A DNA stretch of 18,218 bases, from NCBI GenBank assembly GCA_037380845.1, contig JARRRI010000010.1, forward strand, positions 20,577-38,794. Reading direction: 5' to 3'. The first letter of the stretch is position 1. Every line of letters starts with the position of its first letter. The position numbers and the translations under genes are program-made. Positions 1-8,162 of this stretch are shown here, one piece after another. The notes beneath the pieces were generated by a model, which was not told the origin of the DNA, ran no database searches, and was given only the letters and a program-made list of their open reading frames with translations. This DNA is from Candidatus Sulfobium sp. Its GTDB lineage: Bacteria; Nitrospirota; Thermodesulfovibrionia; Thermodesulfovibrionales; UBA6898.

Positions 1-107
1 AATACTTTCTTCACCGCTTCTTCACATTCGTATGATAAATTAGAAACCATGCAACTGAGACCTTCGGTCTCACCACGTAACGGTCAAGAATCAAGGAGAG
101 GTAGAGA

Positions 108-815
108 ATGAAGAAGCAGACGGTTTTCAAGGTTTTGTCTTTGGTAGCAGTATTAGTGATGGCTTTTGCGGTACGTTCGGAGGCTATGATGGGAACCCCT
201 GTCTCCGGTGGAACAACAGACGGGGGCGGATACATCACCGGCGGCATGATGGGAGGCTTCCAGATGACCAACAACGGGGGCTTCGGCATGATGAACGGAA
301 TGGCGGGCACACCGGTGGTCGGCGACGACGGCACGGCATATCTGGTAAGTTACACCCCGACGGCCGATCCGGGGACAATACCCACTTACAATTCGTTTCA
401 GTCGAGCCTCATGGCGTTCAGCCCTGACGGTACGCCTGTCACCCTTACCCTGAACGGGATATTATCGAGGCCTCTGGTGGAAGGCAACGTACTGGTAGCA
501 ACAGCGTCACTGCCCAATTTCCAGCAGTTTAACGTCCTGGACAATACCAGCGGCCAGTCGGTGCTGTACGCCGTGTCACTTCCTTTCAGCGCTTCCTCGA
601 CACCGGCGGCTATAGCACTGGATGGTAATTACGCGTCGGTGCCAGTCATAAAGAACAATATGGTCTATGTGACCACGACCGACTTCGGCAACGCCATGAT
701 GGGAAGCGGGACCTTCAGCATGTTCAACTACGATTTCAGTACATCGGCTGCAAAGAGCTATCTTTACATGTACAACCTGAACGACGGTACGCTGAACAAG
801 TACGAAATCCAGTAG
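108..815 (+). CDS. Secreted hypothetical protein with a Met/Gly-rich N-terminal region and a probable beta-rich body
   Basis: 235-aa ORF with AGGAG-type RBS upstream, Sec signal peptide (MKKQTVFKVLSLVAVLVMAFAVRSEA), repeated MMG/GGMM motifs, followed by an intrinsic terminator. Confidence 0.8.
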   Translation: MKKQTVFKVLSLVAVLVMAFAVRSEAMMGTPVSGGTTDGGGYITGGMMGGFQMTNNGGFGMMNGMAGTPVVGDDGTAYLVSYTPTADPGTIPTYNSFQSSLMAFSPDGTPVTLTLNGILSRPLVEGNVLVATASLPNFQQFNVLDNTSGQSVLYAVSLPFSASSTPAAIALDGNYASVPVIKNNMVYVTTTDFGNAMMGSGTFSMFNYDFSTSAAKSYLYMYNLNDGTLNKYEIQ

Positions 816-832
816 ACGAACCCTCAAACCGT

Positions 833-863
833 AAGGCCCCGCCCAAATGGCGGGGCCTTTTTT
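833..863 (+). terminator. Rho-independent terminator
   Basis: AAGGCCCCGCC-caaat-GGCGGGGCCTT stem followed by a T-tract, starting 17 nt after the stop of 108-815. Confidence 0.9.
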
Positions 864-992
864 GTCTCATCCGCCAGTCCTGGCCCCCGCCCTTTCTTTT
901 GTCCTTTTTTACGACTTTTTCCCGGGCTCTGTGAGGTCATTATTTGTGTTTCTCCAAGGGGTTCCGTCGTCATTTTGGACATAGAGTCGATC

Positions 993-1022
993 TTGACTAA
1001 CAGTCACATGCTCTGGTAAGCT
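993..1022 (+). promoter_or_regulatory. Putative sigma70 promoter of dksA
   Basis: TTGACT-18nt-TAAGCT with an extended -10 TG. Confidence 0.5.
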
Positions 1023-1048
1023 ATTTGAATTCAAAAAGAGGAGCGGGA

Positions 1049-1630
1049 ATGGCAAGTTCAAAGTCTACCAGAACTACAAAAAAGGTAAAATCTGCATCGA
1101 CAAAATCTTCAGAGGCAAAACGCGGCGCACCCAAAAAGGCTGCGAAGACCGCTTCTTCCGCAGCATCGCAGAAAAAGACCGCCCTTTCCCCGAAAGGCAA
1201 GGGGAAAACGATAAAAGAGGTAAAAGTGAAGACATCAGGCACCGGGAAAACCAGGAAATCCACGCTTTCCGATAGAGAAAAGCATATCCAGAAGATAAAG
1301 GTAAAGCTACTCAAACAGAGGGAATCTCTCCTGAATGAGGCAGAATCGGCGCTCAACGAACTGCCGGGGCAGATGATCTTCCCCGACCTCGGCGATCAGG
1401 CCACCGCCGAGACCGACAGAAGCTTCATGCTGAGGCTGAGGGGCCGTGAACAGCGTCTTTTAAAGAAGATAGACGAGGCTGTTGAGCGCATAGAGAACGG
1501 GAGCTTCGGCATTTGCGACGACTGCGGCGAGGAGATCGACATCAAGAGACTCGAAGCACGTCCCGTCACCACGATGTGTATTGAATGCAAAACCCTGCAG
1601 GAAGAAGAGGAGAAGCTGAGGGAATCATAA
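1049..1630 (+). CDS. dksA: RNA polymerase-binding transcription factor DksA with Lys-rich N-terminal extension
   Basis: Coiled-coil tip DLGDQA, zinc finger CDDC...RLEARP...CIEC; ATG at 1049 preceded by AGAGGAG. Confidence 0.9.
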   Translation: MASSKSTRTTKKVKSASTKSSEAKRGAPKKAAKTASSAASQKKTALSPKGKGKTIKEVKVKTSGTGKTRKSTLSDREKHIQKIKVKLLKQRESLLNEAESALNELPGQMIFPDLGDQATAETDRSFMLRLRGREQRLLKKIDEAVERIENGSFGICDDCGEEIDIKRLEARPVTTMCIECKTLQEEEEKLRES

Positions 1631-1728
1631 TTCTCCCGCTTTCCCTGCTGCCAGAATTCTGTTCACCGCCGGCTCCTGAGACTTGCGCGGGCCGGTCGCC
1701 AGGGCGCAATTCAACAGGCGGAAAGGTT

Positions 1729-2976
1729 CTACCCCAGACGTGTGTAATTTACCCCTTTTTCTGTCCCCTCGATCCTGAAAAGTTTGTCACCCGCGGTGAG
1801 CTCCCGCAGTCTCGCGGGGTCGACCTGGTTATAAAAAACGGGCTTGAGAAGGCTATCTTCCCCGCTGCGGCCCAGTAGATGCTCCTTCAGTAGCGGGTCG
1901 CTCATGATAACCCTGGTGATCTGCAGCCTGCGGTAGAGCCTGATATATGTGTTGACATTGACGCTGTCAGGCTGGAGTCTCCTGAAGAGATCGAGATACC
2001 AGACCAGTGCCTTTTCATCCTCGTAGGGAAAACCGCCAAGGAAATCGACAACTATCTGCAGTCCGCAGGACTTCGCGATGAATATGATCTTCTCGATATC
2101 GGAATAATATAGAGAGCACTTCTTCCAGGAATCGACAGTAAGTGTGATGAGAGAGACGCCCGTGTCCTTCATCAGCCTGAACAGCTTCTTGTTGTAATTG
2201 GCGGGCTTCATATATACTGCCCAGTCCATCTCAATCCCGGCCATTTTCAAAGCGCTCAGGAAGTCGATGCAATAATCGATATCTTCGTTGAACTCGGAGT
2301 CACAGAGATGAAACCGCCTGAAACCGGCCGAAGTAAACCCTCTGATCTCCTCAATGACGCCGGGGATTCTCCTGAACGACACATTTGTATTGGCCTCTAA
2401 GCAATAGACGCATGAAGAACCGCACCCCTTGTGAGTCTGGAAACCCGCGACCCCGCCCCGGTCATAGTATTTCCGATAATCAATCTCCGCAGTGCGCCTC
2501 GGACATGAAATCTCGTATCGGTATGTTCTTCTCTGGATTTTCGGAATTTCTGCAGAAGACTGGATCCCCTCCAGCAGTTCGTTAATCTTGTCCTCTCCCG
2601 GCCCGACCAGAGCGTAATCGGCCTGAAGGTATTCGAGAACCCCCCCGGGGTCGGCAGACACGCCACTGCCACCTATTACCACTTTAAGGCCGTATTTCTC
2701 CTTTGCCCGACCGACGAGCCCCTTTATCTCATCCAGAAAAAATTCATTTTCCTGATAGAGGGCTGTGTCCACATTTCTCACCGTGATGCCGACCACGTCG
2801 GGTTCAAATCCTGCTATAGCCTCGTCGAGTTCCCGGGGGGGTGAGACCGAAAAACAGAAGTCCGCAATCCTGGCCTCGTGCCCTCCCCTCTCTATGCTCG
2901 CGGCCATGTGTTCAAGCCCTATCGGGGGCACAGGCGGAAACCTGTAAGTATTGGGGTTAACAAGAAGCACCTTCAT
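1729..2976 (-). CDS. Cobalamin-binding radical SAM protein
   Basis: N-terminal B12-binding-like domain (VLLVNPN...PPIGLE...PDVVGITVRN) and CxxxCxxC motif (CGSSCVYC); alternative TTG start at 2979. Confidence 0.85.
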   Translation of the reverse strand: MKVLLVNPNTYRFPPVPPIGLEHMAASIERGGHEARIADFCFSVSPPRELDEAIAGFEPDVVGITVRNVDTALYQENEFFLDEIKGLVGRAKEKYGLKVVIGGSGVSADPGGVLEYLQADYALVGPGEDKINELLEGIQSSAEIPKIQRRTYRYEISCPRRTAEIDYRKYYDRGGVAGFQTHKGCGSSCVYCLEANTNVSFRRIPGVIEEIRGFTSAGFRRFHLCDSEFNEDIDYCIDFLSALKMAGIEMDWAVYMKPANYNKKLFRLMKDTGVSLITLTVDSWKKCSLYYSDIEKIIFIAKSCGLQIVVDFLGGFPYEDEKALVWYLDLFRRLQPDSVNVNTYIRLYRRLQITRVIMSDPLLKEHLLGRSGEDSLLKPVFYNQVDPARLRELTAGDKLFRIEGTEKGVNYTRLG

Positions 2977-2984
2977 CAATCCCT

Positions 2985-3014
2985 ATGATAATCACTCCAG
3001 TTCAAAATGGTCAA
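2985..3014 (-). promoter_or_regulatory. Putative sigma70 promoter of the radical SAM gene
   Basis: Minus strand TTGACC-18nt-TATCAT. Confidence 0.55.
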
Positions 3015-3081
3015 AAGAAACGCAGCGCACCCGGCGGGCTGTGTCCTGCGCCGCTACTCCTCCGAAGAGAGACGTTATTCC

Positions 3082-3111
3082 TTCACAAACATCCCGATCT
3101 TAAACTATAAT
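3082..3111 (+). promoter_or_regulatory. Putative sigma70 promoter of cstA
   Basis: TTCACA-18nt-TATAAT, ending 6 nt before ATG 3118. Confidence 0.55.
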
Positions 3112-3117
3112 AGCGGC

Positions 3118-5049
3118 ATGCTGAAAAAACTTCCCTGGTTAGCGGTATGTCTGGTCGCCGCAGTCGCCCTGGCGGTAGTAACAGGTATCCTCAATCCATC
3201 CGAAAAGGTCAATGCACTCTGGGTCGTCGTTGCGACCGGCTGCTTCTATACCATTTCATACAGGTTTTACGCCTCCTTCCTCGCGGCCAGGGTCCTCTCT
3301 CTAAACGGGGATTATGTTACACCTTCGAAGAGATTTACAGACGGCAAGGACTACCACCCGACGAACAAGTGGGTCCTTTTCGGCCACCACTTCGCGGCCA
3401 TTGCAGGTGCCGGGCCTTTAATAGGTCCGATGCTTGCCGCACAGTTCGGATATCTTCCCGGTTTTCTCTGGATCCTCATAGGTGCTGCCTTCGGAGGCGC
3501 GGTGCACGACATGGTGATACTGGCCGCCTCGGTAAGAAGGAACGGCCGCTCGCTGGCGCAGATAGCCAGGGACGAAGTCGGCCCCGTCGCGGGCATCGCT
3601 GCGGCATTTGCCGTAATCTTCATAATAATCGTGGCCCTCGCCGGCCTGGGGCTCGCAGTGGTAAATGCCCTCGCCAAAAGCCCGTGGGGCACCTTCACCA
3701 TCGCCGTCACCGTCCCTATAGCCTTCTTCATGGGTATTTACCTCTACCGCATAAGACCGGGGAAGATATCGGAAGTAAGTGCAATGGGCGTGGTTTTGCT
3801 GCTGGCCGCCGTGTTTGCGGGCCATTACATCCCGGGGTCCTTCCTTTCCCCCTTCTTCACCCTCAGCAAGAACAGTCTCGTGCTTTCCATAATGGTTTAC
3901 GGCTTTGTGGCCTCCGTTTTGCCTGTCTGGATGCTCCTTTGCCCCCGGGATTACCTGTCCACGTATATGAAGATCGGGACGGTGGCACTCCTCGCCGTAG
4001 GGGTAATCGTGATGTCCCCCACTATCCAGATGCCTGCACTCACCAGGTTTGCCGCAGGCGGCGGTCCGGTTATCCCCGGCAAGATCTTTCCTTTTATGTT
4101 CATTACCATAGCCTGCGGCGCTATCTCCGGTTTTCATTCCCTCATCTCTTCGGGCACAACGCCGAAGATGATAAAGAGCGAGAAGGATATCCGGGTCATA
4201 GGATATGGCGCCATGCTGACGGAGGGCTTCGTCTCCATGATGGCCCTTATCGCAGCAACGATTCTCATACCAGGAGATTATTTCGCCATCAATACTAAGC
4301 TGTCCCTTGATTCTATCGCAGCCCTTGGGTTTCCCGTCGGGAGGATCCACGAGCTATCGGCGCTGGTCGGGACCAATGTGAGCGGAAGGCCGGGTGGTGC
4401 CGTGTCTCTCGCAGTTGGAATGGCATCGATACTCTCGAGCATACCCGGCATGAAGGGCCTGATGCCTTACTGGTATAACTTTGCCCTCATGTTCGAAGCC
4501 CTCTTCATCCTGACCACCGTCGATACGGGAACTCGCGTGGCCCGTTTTTTAATGCAGGAACTGGGCGGCGCTGTATACAGGCCCCTGTCCCGGACCGGCT
4601 GGCTGCCCGGCTCTTTTGTCACCAGCCTGTTTGTCGTGTGTTCCTGGGGGTATCTCATATATTCAGGCAGCGTGGCCACCATATGGCCCATGTTCGGGGT
4701 CGCCAACCAGCTTCTGGCGGCCATTGCCTTCGCGGTGGGCACAACAGTGATCGTTAAATCGGGAAAACTGCGCTATGCCTGGACAACCTTTGTCCCCATG
4801 GTTTTCATGTTTACGACAACCCTGACGGCGTCATGGGAACTGGCCGGGATTTTCGGCCGAAAGGCAGCGTCTGCGGCTACAGCAAGTGAAGCCCTCACGT
4901 ATAAGCTGGATCTTTTCCTGATACTCCTTATGGCTGTCCTCGCGGTTGTCGTCCTTGCTGATATCCTCGTTAAATGGTATGGATATTATTCCGGCAGGAT
5001 AGAGATGAAGACAGTGGAAACGATCTCGGTCAACGTTGAGACCGATTAG
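3118..5049 (+). CDS. cstA: Carbon starvation protein A (CstA/BtsT family peptide/pyruvate transporter)
   Basis: Family motifs FGHHFAAIAGAGPLIGP, PRDYLST, IACGAISGFHSLISSGTTPK, IWPMFGVANQLLA; start moved to ATG 3118 because the ORF-track extension covers the promoter. Confidence 0.93.
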   Translation: MLKKLPWLAVCLVAAVALAVVTGILNPSEKVNALWVVVATGCFYTISYRFYASFLAARVLSLNGDYVTPSKRFTDGKDYHPTNKWVLFGHHFAAIAGAGPLIGPMLAAQFGYLPGFLWILIGAAFGGAVHDMVILAASVRRNGRSLAQIARDEVGPVAGIAAAFAVIFIIIVALAGLGLAVVNALAKSPWGTFTIAVTVPIAFFMGIYLYRIRPGKISEVSAMGVVLLLAAVFAGHYIPGSFLSPFFTLSKNSLVLSIMVYGFVASVLPVWMLLCPRDYLSTYMKIGTVALLAVGVIVMSPTIQMPALTRFAAGGGPVIPGKIFPFMFITIACGAISGFHSLISSGTTPKMIKSEKDIRVIGYGAMLTEGFVSMMALIAATILIPGDYFAINTKLSLDSIAALGFPVGRIHELSALVGTNVSGRPGGAVSLAVGMASILSSIPGMKGLMPYWYNFALMFEALFILTTVDTGTRVARFLMQELGGAVYRPLSRTGWLPGSFVTSLFVVCSWGYLIYSGSVATIWPMFGVANQLLAAIAFAVGTTVIVKSGKLRYAWTTFVPMVFMFTTTLTASWELAGIFGRKAASAATASEALTYKLDLFLILLMAVLAVVVLADILVKWYGYYSGRIEMKTVETISVNVETD

Positions 5050-5106
5050 ACCCGCTGGTTCAATAAAGCCATTACGAGACCTTTTCGGTGCTCCTGTACG
5101 GCTGTT

Positions 5107-6147
5107 TTACAACGTCCGGGTAGAGCCGCCGGGATTGCCGGCTGCGTCCTCCTCTTCCATCCTTGCAGCGAGATAGGAAAGAAGTTCTTTTGTGCCTTTA
5201 TGCGTAACGGCGGAAACCGCAAAAAAGACGAGAGACTTTTTCCGGCAATATCCCGCAAGGCTTTCCATTCTCTTCCCGTCCCCCGCTGCGTCGATTTTCG
5301 AGCCGACCACCACCTGAGGCCTTTCCGCCAGTTCCGGGCTGTAGAGTTCAAGTTCCCTGTTTATCTTTATCAGGTTATCCACGGGGTCGCCCTCGCCCAT
5401 TTCCGACACATCGACCAGATGAAGGAGAATGGATGTACGCTCCACGTGACGAAGGAACCGGAATCCCAGTCCTGCGCCCCTGTGAGCACCCTCTATCAGA
5501 CCTGGAATATCCGCGACCACGAAACTCTTGTGATCTTTGAACTTGACGACCCCGAGATTAGGCACCAGCGTCGTGAAGGGATAATCGGCTATCTTCGGCC
5601 TCGCTGAAGACATTACCGAAATCAGCGTGGATTTGCCGGCATTCGGGAGACCGATAAGCCCCACATCGGCCAGAAGCTTCAGTTCGACCACCAGAGACTT
5701 CTCCTCGCCCTCCTCCCCTGGCTGTGCATACCTTGGGACCTGGCGCACAGGCGTAGCAAAGTGTGAATTGCCGAGTCCGCCCCGTCCCCCTCTGGCCGCT
5801 ACGACCTGCATACCTTCCTTATCGAGGTCATACAGAATCTCGCCGCTGACGGCATCCTTGATGATAGTGCCCACCGGCACGGAAATCACGAGGTCCCTGC
5901 CGTCACGCCCGTGCATCTTCTTGCCCATGCCGTGCTGCCCCCTCTGAGCGTGATATTCCCTTCTGTACCGGAAGTCAAGAAGAGTGTTCAGTTGTCTCGT
6001 TGCCCTGAAGACGACATGGCCTCCCCGCCCTCCGTCGCCGCCGTCAGGGCCGCCCCTTGGGACATACTTTTCCCTTCGGAAGCTGACACAGCCACGTCCT
6101 CCGTCGCCCGCCTTAACATAGATTTTTGCGTAATCAACAAATTTCAT
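5107..6147 (-). CDS. obgE: GTPase ObgE/CgtA
   Basis: MKFVDYAKIYVKAGDGGRGCVSFRREKYVPRGGPDGGDGG; G1 GLPNAGKST, G2 YPFTT, G3 DIPG; start at ATG 6147. Confidence 0.97.
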   Translation of the reverse strand: MKFVDYAKIYVKAGDGGRGCVSFRREKYVPRGGPDGGDGGRGGHVVFRATRQLNTLLDFRYRREYHAQRGQHGMGKKMHGRDGRDLVISVPVGTIIKDAVSGEILYDLDKEGMQVVAARGGRGGLGNSHFATPVRQVPRYAQPGEEGEEKSLVVELKLLADVGLIGLPNAGKSTLISVMSSARPKIADYPFTTLVPNLGVVKFKDHKSFVVADIPGLIEGAHRGAGLGFRFLRHVERTSILLHLVDVSEMGEGDPVDNLIKINRELELYSPELAERPQVVVGSKIDAAGDGKRMESLAGYCRKKSLVFFAVSAVTHKGTKELLSYLAARMEEEDAAGNPGGSTRTL

Positions 6148-6181
6148 ACTAAATTTAAACAAAACCGGGAAAAAGAATTTA

Positions 6182-6273
6182 ACCACGGAGACACAGAGGC
6201 ACGGAGTTACAACTCAAAAAAATTATATAACCATCCACACAAGACTTTCTCCGTGTCTCAGCGTCTCCGCGGT
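6182..6273. repeat. REP-like imperfect inverted repeat with 25-nt arms
   Basis: ACCACGGAGACACAGAGGCACGGAG (6182-6206) matches the reverse complement of 6249-6273 at 21 of 25 positions, around an AT-rich spacer. Confidence 0.75.
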
Positions 6274-6315
6274 GGTTGCTATTTCAGTCTTGACGGCAGC
6301 CCTTTACTCGCAAAT

Positions 6316-6342
6316 AAAAAAGGCAGACCGCGATCTGCCTTC
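6316..6342 (-). terminator. Intrinsic terminator after rpmA
   Basis: Minus strand GAAGGCAGA-tcgcgg-TCTGCCTT followed by a T-tract. Confidence 0.7.
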
Positions 6343-6368
6343 ATTTCTCTTTTCTTATGTGTTGCTTC

Positions 6369-6632
6369 CTATTCTTGCGCGGCGGGATATACGCTAATTT
6401 TCAGCCTGTCCCTGTCTTTCCTCTCAAAATTTACAACACCGTCGACAAGCGCAAAAAGCGTATCGTCAGATCCCTTCCCGACGTTGTTGCCGGGATGAAA
6501 TTTGGTCCCCCTCTGGCGCACCAGTATATTGCCGGCCCTCACGGTTTCGCCGCCGAACCTCTTTATCCCCAGACGCTGGGCATTGCTGTCACGGCCGTTC
6601 CTGGAACTTCCGACTCCCTTTTTATGTGCCAT
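6369..6632 (-). CDS. rpmA: 50S ribosomal protein L27
   Basis: [28 protein letters not shown]...[10 protein letters not shown]. Confidence 0.98.
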   Translation of the reverse strand: MAHKKGVGSSRNGRDSNAQRLGIKRFGGETVRAGNILVRQRGTKFHPGNNVGKGSDDTLFALVDGVVNFERKDRDRLKISVYPAAQE

Positions 6633-6633
6633 A

Positions 6634-6948
6634 CTATCCTCCGAAGACTATGTCTTTTATTTTCAGTAGCGTAAAATTCTGCCTGTGGCCGTTCAGTTTC
6701 CTGTAACCCTTCCTCGGTTTCTTTTTGTAGACCAGCACCTTGCGGGATTTTACATCACCCACGATTTCGGCCTTCACGCTGGCATTCTCCACATACGGCT
6801 TTCCGATCTGAAGGTTGTCATCCTTCCACACGACCAGTACCTTCTCGATGTTGACATCCTTTTCACTCGCCGGCACCTTCTGCACCTTGATAGTATCGCC
6901 GGGCGATACCCTGAACTGCTGCCCTCCGCTTTCTATAACTGCATACAT
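6634..6948 (-). CDS. rplU: 50S ribosomal protein L21
   Basis: [18 protein letters not shown]...GHRQNFT; canonical rplU-rpmA-obgE order. Confidence 0.98.
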   Translation of the reverse strand: MYAVIESGGQQFRVSPGDTIKVQKVPASEKDVNIEKVLVVWKDDNLQIGKPYVENASVKAEIVGDVKSRKVLVYKKKPRKGYRKLNGHRQNFTLLKIKDIVFGG

Positions 6949-6971
6949 GATCTTGTCACCTCCGAATAGAT

Positions 6972-7000
6972 ATTAAAGAATATACGGCCAAAAAAGTCAA
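6972..7000 (-). promoter_or_regulatory. Putative sigma70 promoter of rplU-rpmA
   Basis: Minus strand TTGACT-17nt-TTTAAT. Confidence 0.55.
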
Positions 7001-7053
7001 CTTGCAGGCGACCTTCTCCGGAAAAAAGCAGGGAGTGTCATCTGCAGATTTTG

Positions 7054-7096
7054 ATGGTAGCGGCGACCCGATGTGAGCAGGCGACCACTCGCACCC
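7054..7096 (-). repeat. Degenerate duplicate of the tRNA-Pro 3' half (att site)
   Basis: 38 of 43 nt identical to 17377-17419 in the same orientation; similarity ends in the anticodon loop. Confidence 0.85.
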
Positions 7097-7343
7097 AGGA
7101 AACGATGATGGCTATAACTCTGCGCTTTCATTGACATAATCTTATCATAATTTGTGTCACATTATGAGCTATTTTAAGAAGTAATGTCTTTTCAGCTTGA
7201 GAGTCAGGGAAATCCCGATTGTTCCGAAGGCTGGGGCAGTGATAACATAAAATGTCGGGCGTTTAATAAAACAGAGCAGGCATGATACGATTGAGAGCCA
7301 TCATGACGATCATACATTTTTTACTTGTGAGGGACTGCTGACG

Positions 7344-8162
7344 ATGTCAGGTCGCAGGATGAACCGCATTAGCAGGCTGTTTCCGTATATAACGGTCTTT
7401 TTCATCATTGCTCTTTTTTCGGGAGATTTTGTGAGACTCGGCAGCCTCACCTTTCAGATTATTGCCATCCTGTCGCTCACTATTTTCGTCACTGGTTTCT
7501 GGAGCAGGGTTTCGGTGTGGGCGAAGGGTGGGTCCTCCGACATCCTGAGAAAAGCATTGGCGAGCGTTTTCTCGATAGAGTGTTTGTTCGCTTACAGACT
7601 TTTCAGCAAGAGCATGATAAGGGGCCTTATTCTGGTCCTCACAATATGGAGTTTTTCTGTCTTGACCATTGGAAGCATATGCCTTTCGCTTGAATATCTT
7701 TTAAGAACGGACCTGACTTCCTCCGGGTTCTTCTCTCTCTCCATGGACATAGCAGGATCTGCGCTTCTCCTTTCGATCCTCTTTTACCTGGGTCGAAGGC
7801 TCATTGTGGAGAGGGCCAGACAGATAGCCGTAATGGAAGACATGGTGCTGCTTTTTACTTTCCTCCTGATTGTGATAACAGGTTTTGCAAACGAAGGACT
7901 GCGTCTGGCCTACATGGGGGTCGCGCCGGAAACCATGCGTCCGGCCGGTGCCCTTCTGGCCGGGGCGATAACCTCTTTTTCGCACAATCCGGCTGTCATT
8001 TTGAGAGTCAGAGACGTCGTATGGAAGATTCATGCTCTTCTTTCCTTCTTCCTTCTGGCTTATATCCCTTTTTCGAAGCAGTTCCATATGTTCGCAGCGC
8101 AGATAGTGACGAAGGAGGCCGGGAGGAGAAAAAGGGAACTGAGGAGTATCCTGCATGAGTGA
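7344..8162 (+). CDS. NarI/HdrE/DsrM-like membrane cytochrome b subunit
   Basis: Multiple hydrophobic helices, LIVITGFANEGLRL and WKIH...YIPFSKQFH motifs; overlaps the next gene. Confidence 0.75.
   Translation: MSGRRMNRISRLFPYITVFFIIALFSGDFVRLGSLTFQIIAILSLTIFVTGFWSRVSVWAKGGSSDILRKALASVFSIECLFAYRLFSKSMIRGLILVLTIWSFSVLTIGSICLSLEYLLRTDLTSSGFFSLSMDIAGSALLLSILFYLGRRLIVERARQIAVMEDMVLLFTFLLIVITGFANEGLRLAYMGVAPETMRPAGALLAGAITSFSHNPAVILRVRDVVWKIHALLSFFLLAYIPFSKQFHMFAAQIVTKEAGRRKRELRSILHE

Noticed and set aside
3147..4350. Long alternative-frame ORFs (383 aa +, 310 aa -) overlapping cstA, and similar shadows over obgE, MMPL and the Hdr-like genes
   Set aside because: Shadow ORFs of GC-rich coding sequence with no recognisable motifs
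5107..5160. Possible nadD start remnant (GAGGAGG then GNPGGS) at the ObgE C-terminus
   Set aside because: Similarity to GILGGT is too weak to support by eye
7054..7096. Second functional tRNA gene
   Set aside because: Only the 3' half is present, with mismatches in the T-arm and acceptor stem; interpreted as an att remnant
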